Shown: positions 24,954 to 37,676 of the stretch, piece after piece | Position numbering within the stretch: position 1 is the stretch's first letter | Layout of the letters: each line of letters opens with the position of its first letter | Source: Selaginella moellendorffii | Lineage: Eukaryota > Plantae > Lycopodiophyta | NCBI RefSeq assembly: GCF_000143415.4 | Contig: NW_003314333.1 | Span: 633,207 to 697,206 of the forward strand | DNA: 64,000 nt | Direction of reading: 5' to 3' | Notes under the pieces: generated by a model | Seen by the model: the letters and a program-made list of their open reading frames with translations, nothing else | Told to the model about the DNA's origin: nothing | Database searches by the model: none | Position numbers and translations under genes: made by a program

Positions 24954-26467
24954 TTAGTGTTTTTTCTTGATTTGTAATGTTTTCTTCTCTTGGCATATCA
25001 ATCATTTATAACTCTTATAATTTAATTCTCAGTCCACTGTTCAATTGAGTGTTTTCTGTCCTTCTTATACTAATTTAGATATTGAATATATGCATGAAAT
25101 TGAGAATCTTGCATTTGTTTCATTAGTAAAGTCTATGATTAATTTTAATATTGAGTATTTCCTTGTTCCAAAGGTTGAGTCACTTCAACTAGAGTTTCAG
25201 ATGGAGTGCCTATCCCCACTTGTGAGTGCTATTGAGAATCTTTATTTTACCGTTGTTGTTGAGGAGTTTATATGCTCTCTTAAGAATATGAACGTTTTTA
25301 TTATTTTCCTATTTCAAGTGTTGAGGAGGTTGAGTAGTGTGAATTTTTTGCTTATAGTATGGTAGGCTTTTATCACATATCCTTCCTTTTTCCTTATTTC
25401 TATATTGCTAACTATTGAAAATTCCTCTTCTTAATGCTTCTTTGTCTATTTTTTCTTACTCCCATAACAGTTTTTCCTTAATTTTCTCACTTTTTCCTTT
25501 TTGCCTCGATATTTTAAACTTTTTTTTCTTCAAAGGAGGGGGTAAAGGGGGTGGACAAGAGTCCAACCCTAATGATGAAGTGATGATGAGTGGATACAAT
25601 AATGAACCAAGGATAAATAATATAAATTGTGAAGTGAAGACAAGCATAGTGTGTCCAAAAAGAATATTTGGCCTCAATATAATGTGACTGAGTGAAGTGA
25701 AACCAAACATAAATGGTAAAGTGAGAACAAACATAAATTTGAATGGAGAAAATTCTTTAGAATTTATTTTCCTTTGAAGAGGGGGTAAGGAGGATGTGGA
25801 AGATGAACAAAGTGAATTTGACCTCCCATATATAGTGCTAGATGAAAGCAAAGGTTGTGAGTCCGAGTTAACACAAGTCTTGGATGTTGACTGGAGGGAA
25901 GACTCAAAGATAAATTTGGATTATGGTTATGAGTTTGAATTAATAATGGTCTCAAAAGATTATCTATGGGTAGATTTAAAGGTGGGATATTGCAATAGTG
26001 CTTTATGGACTATAGTAACTCTTGAAGTTCCTTGCTTTCATTCAAAATTATAGCTTTAAGGTTGATATATATATTCATATTAAATTTATTATTGGGTCTA
26101 CAAAACCATTTTAAAGACTTGACTTAGAAGTCTTTTTAACTTTTATAGTAAATAATAAATATTATTACTCATGTAAATACTTATTTTAATTAGTACTTAG
26201 CTCCCACAATTAAAACTTATTTATTTTTATAAAATTCTAATCAGATACAGTAACATATTAATAAATCTTCTCTTTCACAGTAACATATTAATAAATATTC
26301 TCTTTCATAGTTTTTTATTCACTAGTAAATTTCCTTTCATTTACAACCATTAAACAAGGTCAAAATTTTAATTTTAAAACATTATAAAGGTTTGATAAAG
26401 ATGACTATTAGGTCAGATGTTTGCCGACAGCACTGCCACGGATTCAAGGCTGGAGATTTACGAGGAA

Positions 26468-27483
26468 TGAAGCGCGATGAGCGCCTCACTCTCAACTTCG
26501 TGGGTCACACGTTCGTGGTTATGGACACGCACGAGGACAAGATCCTGTTCGTCCGCGACCGCATTCGCGAACGCTTCCACAGCTATGTCATCTTTTGTAA
26601 CACAGCTGATTCGGTGGCGCTCGTCTCCAGCGCCCTCCTCTCTCCAGCGAATGACATGAAATACAATCCTTTCGACACCTTTCTCGCCAGTGACGAGTAC
26701 AAGTTTCGTCGGAGACCGCGAGCGCTGATTACAAACAGCGATCTCAGGTAGACAAAATTGAATTTTTGTGACTCTTACGTTTGTTTCTCTCAGGGACGAG
26801 CGGCTGTTTGATGATCTCGGAGGGAATCTGGTGGTAAACTATGACATCCCAGACGATCTGGCGACGTATTACTACCGTGCTGCAAGAGTTCATCACGACT
26901 GTCGCTCCAAAGCAGTTGTTAATCTTGTTTTCAAAGAAGAGTTGCACAAGCTGATACGTCACAAGGAGCTGCTGCGGCTGGAGATCTTGCCTAGCCGTCT
27001 TATCAATGTTCACATCGACTGGGAGTACGTATTTGTAAAATCCTCTTCTCTTTGTTCTTGACAGGTTTTTGTAGTGATCCACCCTTGGAAAAAGTCTCAC
27101 TTACACAGCTTCAAGTCGCGGCTGGACGAGTGAGCATGGATGAGTATCGCAGGTTTGACGAAACAAGAGGGTAAGAATGTAAAATCTTTTCGAGTGTAGA
27201 AACTCACCCTGTGGGCCTCAGGGAAGAAAGACGTAGGGAGAAGGCTCAGCCGATGGAGGGAAGGCAAGCATTAATACTTTTCGTGTCTCTGACTATGTTT
27301 TTCTATCTCAGGGTCTCCTTGAAGGTGCCATGGTTTCACATCGAGGATCTAATCGAGGCACGAGGAGATAGTATCGAGCCCCCAAAGCGAGGAAGCAAGA
27401 AAAGAAAGGCAGTGGACGCTACTATCGAGCCCCCAAAGCGTCCTCGTTTGTTGCAGAGATTCTTGGCATGGTTTGGATTGTAA
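26468..27483 (+). CDS. Divergent DEAD-box helicase C-terminal (HelicC)-like protein, spliced
   Basis: VIFCNTADSV, RALITNSD, LVVNYDIP..LATYYYRAAR and KAVVNLV parallel eIF4A-type motifs IV-VI. Candidate introns at 26748-26793, ~27025-27063, ~27171-27220 and ~27264-27311 (GC-AG). Start codon uncertain. Confidence 0.6.
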
Positions 27484-27624
27484 AAGAACGGGCTGTAGAT
27501 AAAGTGATCTTTTCCGTGATCGATGAAAGTTCTTATCTCTCTTATAGCTCGAGCTAAGCTCCTTAGTTTATTCATTGCTACTGCTCCTTGAATCCTAGTA
27601 GGATGATGACGATTGAAAGAGCTA

Positions 27625-28761
27625 CTATTTCCTGAAGTCAAGAGGGACTGTGTCCTGGGTGAAGTAGTCTCTCCGAACACTATCAGCTGTACAAAAGCGC
27701 ACCTAGACTTTGACAGTGGCATTAACTTCTCGATCCACAAATAATTACTTGAGGCTTACCAAGCTTGCGTAGGATTTGAGCAAAGGCTTGACGAGCATCC
27801 AGACCGGTTGGAAAACAAATGGCGCGTCAACAAACAACACTTCCGCTAGCCGCCTCGGGTAGTAGCTGTAAAAGACGTCGATCTTCTCGCACGAACGAAC
27901 CAACAAGAATGGATGAAAAAAGAGATAAAGCACAGCGCCTCTACGCTTACCAAGAACTTGAGAAAGGTAAGATCCGCGTTTGCTGCGTTGAATCCTCGCA
28001 AGTCAAATATCCCAAGGATTTGATCGCCACCGGGAGGAAGATTTTGCAGAGCCTTTTCGACGAGATGCACGCACAGCTTCTGACTGGCTAGAGCCTCTTC
28101 TTCCTACAACAAGTTGAAAGTTCGTAAATAGGTTGGAACCACTGGATCAAGTAAACTCACCCGAGGGAAGTGTTTTGCAGCAACTACAACCAGCACTGGC
28201 CTTCCCTTAACGTCTGGACTTGAGTTTAGATACGCTTTTCCAGAAGACGCGATCTTCCTGATGGAGTCGTCGGTAATGCTGTTTACTCCAAACTCTTCAC
28301 GCCATTTCTGCACAGCTCTGCAGTTAGATCAAAAAAAGAAAAGAAAGAAAGAGATACGATGTAATTGGCTAGCTTTGTCCCAGCCTTGGGCACGTCGAAC
28401 TTTCGATCCTGAAGGAACCAGAGGAGCAGCTCGTCATCGTCACGGCCATTCTTTCCAACAGGGAGGTAGGAGTGGCTCGTTGCAAGATGGTGCTTTAGCT
28501 GGTTGACGAGCTGCAAGACGGGAAAAACAAGATCAAAGAATCCCGAACACGAACTTACTCGCTCCTGACCGGGAGAGTCTGGGCTGCTATAATTCATGGT
28601 GGCAGCCACTCTCAGCGAAGTTCCAGTCTGCAAGCAACGCACCACGTTAAACAACGCGCACAGAAAGGAGACCAAAGGCTTTGTACCTCGAGTCGTCGTC
28701 CAGGAAAGGAGCAGCGCCAACTAATCTGCGGCACAGCAAACGCCATGAGCCCTAGAGACAT
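27625..28761 (-). CDS. CPSFL1: CRAL-TRIO/Sec14 domain protein, chloroplast CPSFL1-like, multi-exon
   Basis: [82 protein letters not shown] and [15 protein letters not shown]. Transit-peptide-like N-terminus and ~50-nt GT-AG introns. Confidence 0.85.
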
Positions 28762-28814
28762 TGCTAGACCGAAAAAGGAAACAGGAAAATCAGAGATTTT
28801 TCGTTGCTCCAATA

Positions 28815-30843
28815 TCAATAAACATCGGAAGAAGAACTTTTGTGAGTGTGGGGACGCTTGTTTGCGTCCAAATCTGTGTCGTCAATGCTCCTCTTGCACT
28901 TTTGGTCCGAGGGGTTGCTGGTGTTCACTGGACCATCCAGACAGCCAACAAGTCTCATTACGAAGTGAGCAAGCTCTCAAAACCAAGCGGCCTTACTTGC
29001 GGGCTCCGCAGAGACACGCTCCACTTGAGAACTGTATGGCGCGATGTGGTGCGTCGCGGAAATCACAGAACCGAGGAGGTCTTCAATCAGTTCATACCTG
29101 CGAAGCAAACAACGATCGTCATTCAGAACAAACATGAAACGAGCAAACATGAAAACTTACAGTCGGCAGCAGAGTCTATCGGTGAGCGCGGTGACACTGA
29201 GAACCTTAAACCTTACTCCGCTTATGTCTTGTTCCAGCACCTCTTCGGGCATCTCAATAAGCATCGACAGCCTCTCAACCTGTTCTTCAAACTGCTGCTG
29301 CTGGTCTTCGAACAGCACCTGGTTCATTGCGTTCTGCTCCGGGGAGATGTCGTCCTTGAAGAGATCGTTGCCGAACATAAAGAATGCGAACGGATACGAG
29401 CACGAGACGGCACGCCGGGCCTTGTAAAGCATCTGGAGCCCAGACTTGAGCCATGTGTAGTCCTTGACAATCAAGTCGCGTTGTTCCAACCTTTCAATCT
29501 TCTCCTGTACAAGTTGTTCTTGCTTCTCTTCGAACTTGAGAGAATCCATATGCGCTCTCCACAGTTTGTAATAATGAAGGTATCTCGACAGCGTGCGTTT
29601 TGCATCGGCTGCTCTTGTCTCGGCTTCCTCTTTGTAGCGACCACAACTATGCCCCACAATGTGCTCGTAGCTATGAGCAGCACCGGTGGCAGTACCACAT
29701 TTCCAGCTACACGAACAAGGGGAAAAGTTAGTTTCCATCCCGCGAAGGCGAAGAAAAAATAAACACAACTTACCAGAAATGCTGGCCACAGCGGCAAGTC
29801 ATGAGGTTGCAACCTTCGTTCTTCTCGACTGGCTTACTGCATTTCGGGCATGATTTAGTGTGGCTGGTGATCCAGTGATTCGTCTCGGAGTCGTCTTTAC
29901 ACTTGCGCTCCCACAGCTCCCACAAGCTGCATGACAGCGGCGAGTGCGGCAGCTTCAAGCAGTTGAAGCAAAACTGGTGTGAGCAAAGGCACTCGATCTC
30001 CCAGTACGGCCCCCCCTCCACCTTGATGGCATTTCCGCAGTGTGGAACGCTCGGGCACCACTTGACTGCTGCATTGTCTTCGATGTAGGACTCGAGCAAG
30101 CACCTCTCATACCGGGCCAAAGCCTCGCTGTTCCTGAATGCTAAGACGGCACGAACCTTCTCCTCGTCACAAATCGTTGCACACTTGAAAGCCATGCACT
30201 TCAACTTCCGGCTCTCGCCCTCCATGATCTTGACGGTAAAGTTCTCGAGCCAGCCTGCCCTTCCGAGTTAGATCGAAGGAAAAGCAAAGAAAGAGAAAAG
30301 ATAGCAAAGGAAGACCACTTACAATCGTTGCAAAAGGCATGGCCGCAATCCATTTGAGTGGCATCGGCCTGTGGAACATCGTCGAAACAAATGCCGCAAG
30401 TGACAGTGCTTGGCAGCGGCTGTGAGGCGGGCTGGTTTTCAGCCAAAGCTGGCAAACCAACCCTGCGAAAGACCGCATCTCTCCCAGCCTCAGCCATGTA
30501 GCTAAACAAAACCTCGACGTTCCATCGGTAGTGGATGAGAAGAGCCCTGGCGTGCTGGATTTTCACACCAAACATGTCCATCACTCTTTGCAGATCTTGT
30601 TGCTGCCACGGCAAAGATGCGATGAGGAAGCGCGCTGCAAAGAATGGATCCCTTACCTGAGCAAGCGCTAGCGATTCGGCGGTGATCACCTGCCGTAACA
30701 CGCAATCCCGTGAATGAGGACAATCTTTTGGAGGCGCTTACCCTATGCGACGATCCGCGCAGCTCAGCGGGATCGTCATCGCCGCACTCGAGCTCGCTCT
30801 CCGCGTAGATCCCCGAATTGTCTTCGTCCTCGTCGCTCATCAT
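28815..30843 (-). CDS. ARI: ARIADNE-family RBR E3 ubiquitin ligase, multi-exon
   Basis: Acidic N-terminus, ARALLIHYRWNVE, RING1 (CGICF...CGHAFCNDC), IBR (WCPSVPHCGNAI...FCFNCLKLPHSPLSC), RING2 (CPKCSKPVEKNEGCNLMTCRCGQHF) and Ariadne domain (RYLHYY). The last exon is inferred. Confidence 0.92.
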
Positions 30844-30849
30844 GTTAGG

Positions 30850-31720
30850 CTACTACTAAAGAACCCTAAATTTTGCCCCCCTTAAAAACCGTCCAGCGTG
30901 GCAGCGGCAATGGGTCTATTAATCGCTCAAAGAACTGCCTTTCGCCCTCCAAATCTCTTGATGACCCGAAGAAGCTCCACTCTCAGATCGCGATCCAGCA
31001 CAGGGCATCCCCAATTCAGATGTTCTTGCGGTGCGGGAGTATTGACGAGGCGAGAAGAGTTCCTTGAGGGACGAGTTCTCTTGGGCATCGATGATTTCCG
31101 CGTACGCGCGAGATGGGCTGCTGGAGAAGGCCAGGATTTTGCTCGATGCGATACCGGAGCATCTCAGTCCCGGACGAATGCTCCTTCCATATGCCCGTGT
31201 AGGGTATACCGAAGAAGCGAAAAACCATCTTCGATTGTATGAGAGAGAGGAACATCCATTCGTGGAATGTGATTCTAAGCGCATTTGAAAGATCTGAGAT
31301 GGTCCGGGAAGCCAGTTCTTGTTTCCAGAAAATTCCGGAGAGAAATCCGGTGTCCTGTACTGTCATGCTTGCACTATTTGCCCTTCTTGGGCATTTACAT
31401 GAACTTTGACGAGATACATGGTGGTCTCATTGGTTTTTTATGCGCATACTCAAAACATGGTTTCGCTGCCGAAATCACAGAACTGTTTTATTCTATGCCG
31501 TAATGGCACTTGGCTTCCTGGAACAACTTTTGTTAGTATATGCCCATAAAGGGCATCTTGAGAACGGGAAGAACATCTTCGATTCGATGGAGAAGGACGA
31601 TGTAGTATCATGGACTGCACTGGCTTTCAAAAACATTGTCTCATGAAATGCCATGCTTTCTGCATTTGCCGAAGCCGGGCATATACGAGAGGCAGAAGAG
31701 AAACATGACTCTCACACAAC
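30850..31720 (+). pseudogene. Truncated tandem duplicate of the downstream PPR gene
   Basis: Colinear with ~32145-33130 (e.g. AAGAAGCTCCACTC...CGCGATCCAGCACAGG; RDEFSWASMISAYARDGLLE), with many internal deletions and frameshifts. Confidence 0.85.
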
Positions 31721-32188
31721 ACTCATTTCGTTTGCAAGTTTGTTCAATCCCACACTTGTACGGAACGTGTTGCTTCTGCTTGAGTTTGTCTTGAATCGTA
31801 TATCCATTAAAGAGAGGTTCCAAACTCCCGGCTGATGCAGGCTCCATGAGCAAATCTAAAAGACTCAAGATAAGAGTTGAAAACTCTCTCAAACAGCAGC
31901 AAGCCTTCCACCACAAGTATCTCTTGCTCACTCGCCCCTATTGCCTCTTCTTCCCCAGCTTCTTCAGATCGACCAATCGTACTAATCCTCTCCAGCGCCA
32001 TAATCAAGCTCCCAAGAAACCAAGCGCCAAGGTGGAAAATCGAATCCTCCCATCTCGAACAAAACCAACAACATTGCCATAATCCTGCCAAAAAAGAGAG
32101 AGAATCAACGGTAGCTAAAAACAATTGCAGCCATAGCATTTTTCCTACTACTAAATTTTGCCCCCCTCCAGCGTGGCAATGCAGGTGT

Positions 32189-34141
32189 ATGAATCGAGCC
32201 CAATGCATCAAAGAGCTCACAGGCTTCTCCTCCAAATCTCTCCATGATGCGAAGAAGCTCCACTCCCAAATCGCGATCCAGCACAGGAGCGACGCCTACG
32301 TCTCCAATTTGCTCATCCAGATGTTCCTGCGATGCGGGAGTATCGACGATGCGAGAAGAGTGTTTGTAAGTTCCACGGCGAGGGACGAGTTCTCTTGGGT
32401 ATCGATGATCTCCGCGTACGCGCGAGATGGGCTGCTGGAGGAGGCCAGGATTTTGCTCGATGCGATGCCGGAGCACAGCCTCCAGTCCTGGACGATCATG
32501 CTGCTTGCATATGCCCGGGAAGGGCATACTGAAGAAACGAAAACCATCTTCGACTGCATGAGAGAAAGGAACATCCATTCGTGGACTGTGATGCTAAGCG
32601 CATTTGGAAGAGCTGAGATGGTCCGGGAAGCCAGTTCTTGTTTCCAGAAAATGCCGGAGAGAAATCTGGTGTCCTGGACTGTCATGCTTGCGCTATTTGC
32701 CCGTGTTGGGCATTTGCAAGAACTTCGACTCTTGTTCAATGAAATGCCGGAACGAGACATGGTGGTTTGGTCCGTTTTCTTGTCCGCGTACGCTAAACAC
32801 GGTATCCTTTCAGAAACCACAAAAGTGTTCTATTCCATGCCGGAATGGAACTTGGCTTGCTGGACCAACTTGCTCTTGGTAAATGCCCATAAAGGGCATC
32901 TTGAGGACATGAAGAACATCTTTGACTCGATGGAGGAGCACGATGTGGTGTCATGGACTGCGCTTCTTACTGCCTACTCTCGTCATGGAGATGTTTTTTA
33001 CGCTTGCAAAGTTTTTAAACTGATGGCTTTCAAGAACATTGTCTCATGGAATGCCATGCTCGCAGCATTTGCCGCGTCAGGGCATATACAAGATGCGGAA
33101 GAAACCTTCAAAAAGATGCCGGAGCGAGATTTGGTGTCGTGGATCACGCTGCTCGTCGCGTACTCCGTCCGCGGAAGAGTTGACGAGGCTAGGAAAACTT
33201 TCAATAGCATGCCCAGATTGAATCTTGTAGCCTGGAATGCGATGCTCACGGCCTATGCTCACGGTGGATTCCTTGGCAAAGCCCGGGAGATTTACAGATC
33301 CATGCCGGAGAAGAATCCGGTGTCGCACAGCGCAATGTTGGCCGCGGAAGCGCAGCTCGGAGACTTAAGACAAGCTCAAAACTTGTTTGATGCGATGAGA
33401 GATCGGACTCTCGCTTCGTGGACGTGCATGCTAACCGGATTTGCAAGGGAGGGGCATCTCGAAGAAGCCCAGCAAATGTATGAGATGATGGGAGAGAGCA
33501 AAGATCTCATCGCCCAAAACGCGATGCTCTCCGCCTTTGCTCGCAACAAGGCGATTGGAAGCGCCGAGGGATTCTTCTGGGAAGGAATGGAGGAGCACGA
33601 CTCGGTGTCTTGGACGATCTTGGTCTCCGGCTATGCTCTTGCCGGTCGTCTCGAAGTAGCGAAGAAGATGTTCGATGGGATGATCGATCGAGACGTGGTG
33701 TCCTGGGACGCAATGCTTGCGGGATTTGCTCACGGCGGTCGCTCCAAGGAAACCATCGAGCTCTTCCACCGCGGGAGCTTAATGGATTCTCCAGACGACG
33801 TTGCTTTCGTCCTGGTTTTGCTTGCTTGCAGCCACTCCGGGGACGTGTTCTTGGCAAGGCAGTACTTTCGTAGCCTCGAAGTCGACTATGGAGTCAAGCC
33901 ACTCAAGCAGCATTTTTCCTGCGTGATCGATCTCCTTGGTCGAGCCGGCTACCTGGAATTCGCAGAGAGTCTCATAGATTCTATGCCGTTTTTGCCTGAA
34001 GCATCGGACTGGACTAGCCTTCTCGGGTCGTGCCGATCGTATAGAGATTCCGAGCGAGGAGCACGAGTTATGCAAAAGCTTGTAGCTTGCAATGCCAGTC
34101 TCGGTTCTCCATATCAGCTGCTATCGTCCGCTCTTACGTGA
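32189..34141 (+). CDS. PLS-class pentatricopeptide repeat protein with E-type C-terminus (no DYW), intronless
   Basis: Tandem 31-aa S-type motifs (F..MPER.LVSW..ML.A.A..G), followed by HFSCVIDLLGRAG...WTSLLGSC. Probable start is ATG 32189 within ORF 31877..34141. Confidence 0.92.
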   Translation: MNRAQCIKELTGFSSKSLHDAKKLHSQIAIQHRSDAYVSNLLIQMFLRCGSIDDARRVFVSSTARDEFSWVSMISAYARDGLLEEARILLDAMPEHSLQSWTIMLLAYAREGHTEETKTIFDCMRERNIHSWTVMLSAFGRAEMVREASSCFQKMPERNLVSWTVMLALFARVGHLQELRLLFNEMPERDMVVWSVFLSAYAKHGILSETTKVFYSMPEWNLACWTNLLLVNAHKGHLEDMKNIFDSMEEHDVVSWTALLTAYSRHGDVFYACKVFKLMAFKNIVSWNAMLAAFAASGHIQDAEETFKKMPERDLVSWITLLVAYSVRGRVDEARKTFNSMPRLNLVAWNAMLTAYAHGGFLGKAREIYRSMPEKNPVSHSAMLAAEAQLGDLRQAQNLFDAMRDRTLASWTCMLTGFAREGHLEEAQQMYEMMGESKDLIAQNAMLSAFARNKAIGSAEGFFWEGMEEHDSVSWTILVSGYALAGRLEVAKKMFDGMIDRDVVSWDAMLAGFAHGGRSKETIELFHRGSLMDSPDDVAFVLVLLACSHSGDVFLARQYFRSLEVDYGVKPLKQHFSCVIDLLGRAGYLEFAESLIDSMPFLPEASDWTSLLGSCRSYRDSERGARVMQKLVACNASLGSPYQLLSSALT

Positions 34142-34230
34142 ATAATTTGAAGAGTATCAAAATCATACCTGTGTGGCTCTAGTGACAATGTACTGTTTAT
34201 TCTTGAGTCCTCCAATAAAAAATCGCAATT

Positions 34231-35924
34231 TCATATCTTCAACATCGGCTTGCCAGCATAGCCTTCCTTCCAAGTTTCCTGGATCTGAATGGCGGTGGCA
34301 TAAGGCTTCCCTTCCTACAAACATTCGCAAAGGTAAGTTACAAGCGTTACAAAGAACAAACAAAAAGAAGTACCGGGGACTGGAAAACAGCGGTTGTTAT
34401 ACGACAGTTGAGCTCTCCGTCTGGAAAAGAATCTGTGCTTAGACACAAGCAAAGAAACTGAAAAAAAAAAACAAAAAACCCAACCATAATGCTGCCACTT
34501 ATCGAACTTTGCAAGCCAAGTGTCCTTTCCAATGTTCGTCACCCGGATTCGATCAACCCAGATCCAAAACCGCTTGTCCTTATGAAGGCCGTGGAGGGGA
34601 CGAAGCATCTCGATTGCATTCGCAAGCTGGATATCAACACCCCAAGCGCCAATTAAAGTAGAATGTGGAGCCTGAATCAAGGAGCACTCAACTTAAGAGG
34701 ATTTCAGAGAAGAAAAAAACGAACGAGTTTTTCTTACCACTGGAGCCTTGAGAATCTCAAAGACGTGGTCATTGCACTCCACCTCGCCCTTGAGCCACTT
34801 TTCACACAGAAGCTGGTGTAGAACAATCTCGCGAGCAATCGCCTGATGACCGTCTTTGTCACCCGCGACAAAATCGCCATCCATCTCCAAGTCTCGCGGC
34901 GACACGCACGGATCGATGCCAAAGTGCTGCAATCCTTGGATGATACCCGACGCACACGTCTCAGTGGCTCGGAAAATTTTTTGATTGTCACGAGCGTTTT
35001 CATTGTACCAATTTATCAGCTCCTCCATAGCATTCCCTACCTGTGAAAGATGCAGCACCTATCAGTAAGTCACAAGGGACAAAAGGGAAAGAAAAGAAAA
35101 AGCCAACCATTGAGCCATATACTCCAGGAACAGCAAAAAGCTCAGCATCGTTTCCGGAATCGCCACAAACCATAGTTTGCAGTGGAGATTTTCCTTCGGC
35201 CTCGAACTTCTTTAGCAGATAGGACAATGCATGGCCTTTGCTTGCTCCAATGGGAAGAACATCCAAATCCTGGCCGCCACTGTGGATGAGTTTCACCTCC
35301 AACTGCATATGAACAGCGAGAGTGACAATGTAAAATAAGAAAAGGAGCACATACCCCACGAGCTTTCAATCGATCATCGAGGATTTTCATAATCTCCGGT
35401 GCTTGACCCCTGTCCACTGAAAAACTCACTTTATGTGGTCTTTGCTCTGTAGCACTCTACAAGTTACAGAATAAAAACGAGAACTTGCAAGTTTTTCTTA
35501 ATGAAAACGAACCTGGAAGGTGAGCTGGGGCATCTCAGAAGCTACTTCCATAACGATCGATCGGTCCCAGCCTTTGTCGAGCTCCTGTTCCCAGCCACTA
35601 TCGGGAATCATGGAATCGCCATACATTATCTCCGTTCCGACCGAGAGAATTGTAATGCCCGGAGTGAGCAATGGCTTCTCTCGTCTCAACTCTTTGTAAA
35701 GGGTCGGAGACCTCCCAGTCGAGAAAACCAGCAAGGAATCGTGACTGAACTCGGCAGCCCACAATGCGTTGAAGCGGAGAAGGGACTTGTTCTCCGGGTC
35801 GTGATGATCCACCTGTGCAAAATCAAAACTTTTTGAGACCAAATGAAAGGTCGATCGATTTGCGTACCATGGTGTGGTCTAGATCGGAAACTATCATCAG
35901 CCGCGGCGAGCTCGATAGATTCAT
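34231..35924 (-). CDS. SPP: Sucrose-phosphate phosphatase (HAD family), multi-exon
   Basis: [65 protein letters not shown] and the SPP C-terminal domain (KRFWIWVDR). Introns ~50 nt. Confidence 0.95.
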
Positions 35925-36084
35925 TGTGCCTTTTCCAAGTGTTCCTCCCGAGTAACCTAAGTAAAAAAAAAAAAGACAAGAATATTCATGAAAAAGGGTG
36001 GACAAAAATGATATTTTTACCAAGCCATTTTGTCCCGTGTTCGTGATAGCCACTTGTCAAGTTGTCGCTTGAACCAAATGTTCG

Positions 36085-37470
36085 CTAGAGTTCTCTTGCT
36101 TTGTCGACGTCGTCTTCTACATTTCCATCCGAGTCTTCGTGTTCTGGATCGCTTTCTACCTCCGAGACCTCCTCTTCGCAGTCAGAAGCACTGTATCGAC
36201 GGTCAGACCCGTCGACTTCCTCGGCCTGGTCCGAGTCCGAGAGCTCCACCCGGTCCAATCCATCGGTTATTTGGATGGCTGCTTCTCCGCCTTCTATCTC
36301 TAAAGCCTTTGTGAATTCCCCTGCTAGAGACTTCGTGCAGTAGTCCTTTTGTGCCAGGCCCGCCATAAACTTAACCAGCAGTTTCTTGGCCTTCACGCAG
36401 CTCCTTCGCTTTGACTTTTGGATCTCCTCACTCTCTTTCTGTTGTTTAGACTGCCTCGAAAGATTCACTTTCATTTTAAACTCGCGTAGCAACCTCCGCA
36501 ATTCCTGCCAAGTACATACGTTCATTTGTCCAGATTTTAATCGTGAATGAAGAACTTACCTCCCTGTCATACCCGTATGGCAGCGTATAGATTAGCCTTG
36601 TAACACTCAATTCGTTGTCCATGAGTCCATTCACCCATGTTTCAGAGGTGGTTTTCACGTATTTATCCCTCTGAAGAAAGTGGGATAAAGAAAAGTAAGA
36701 TAAACGAAGAAAACCTAGCCACAGTCGCATACATGAGAAGATTGATCTGCGAAGAATTGTTGGAGGGAAACCGTTTTTCCAAGCCTCACACAATATATCA
36801 CATACTCGAGCACGTCCAGCCGACAGTGACGAACCATTCCCTCTGTTTGATTTCCAGTTAGAAGGAAACGAGAAGAAAAAAAGGCATCGAGACACCGACC
36901 GATAAAACTGTATTGCCGCCTCTTCGCTTCCTTCACACCAGTGATCTCCATTTTCTACAAGAAAGACAAAACCAGAATCATCGTAGAAAAACGAAACTTT
37001 CTTTCTCGGACACTCGTTTACCTGGACAATCAGTGTGGCTTCCAAGACCTCTGGTGGTAGCGAAGCCCATCTAAAGAACAAAGAAAGAAAGAACTGCGAG
37101 TAAGGAAACTTTCGCGAAGAACCAAAAAAAGAATAGAACTAGAAAGAAAGAAGAACTGCGAGTGACGAGTAGATGACTTACTGGATCACATTTTTAATCT
37201 GGCCGGGTGCCAAAGTCGCCATGAGCCTGACGAGCGAGAGACCCTTGTCACTGCGTCGCTTGAGAGCGTTCCTGGTAAGCTTGTCCTCTAGCACTGGAGT
37301 GGGATCCTCCTGACCTTGGAGCACGCTCTTGATCGCTGGGGTGAGAGGAATCGGTGTGATAGGCTTCTTTGTCTTTGGACGACGCACCTTCAATCCCCTC
37401 ACAAACACCAGCATTGCGGCATTCTCGTCGCATCCAGGCAGCAGCAGCGATGGCGGTGACGACGCGCACT
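36085..37470 (-). CDS. Hypothetical spliced gene or pseudogene with an acidic C-terminus
   Basis: Coding-like segments 37178-37470, ~36560-36670 and 36085-36510, separated by T-rich intron-like tracts with GT/AG sites. No family recognised. Confidence 0.35.
36673..37165 (+). repeat. Dispersed direct repeat, copy 1 (copy 2 at 41253-41716)
   Basis: Shared blocks CATGAGAAGATTGATCTG and CGGACACTCGTTTACCTGGACAATCAGTGTGGCTTCCAAGAC, plus repeated GAACTGCGAGT units. Confidence 0.85.
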
Positions 37471-37676
37471 TCCGATGGATACGCGATCGAAGTAAAAACA
37501 TATCTTTCTGCCCTAAAACTCTAGGGTTTTTGAAAATTCCTTTAGAACCCTTATATAAAAGCTCCAGCACAGAGTACTTTCACTCGTCTATTTCGTGGTA
37601 ATCTTACGAAAAAACGTTGCTTTTTTTTAAATTTTCGTCTGATGGATGTGAGCTTGGAATGTGGTGTATAGCTTTC

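Noticed and set aside
28761-29762. 333-aa plus-strand ORF, and similar antisense ORFs such as 40280-41137
   Set aside because: These are antisense shadows of the ARI and RtcB coding sequences.
31877-32188. 104-aa N-terminal extension of the PPR ORF
   Set aside because: It begins at a non-ATG codon. Homology with the duplicate starts only at ~32145, so ATG 32189 is more plausible.
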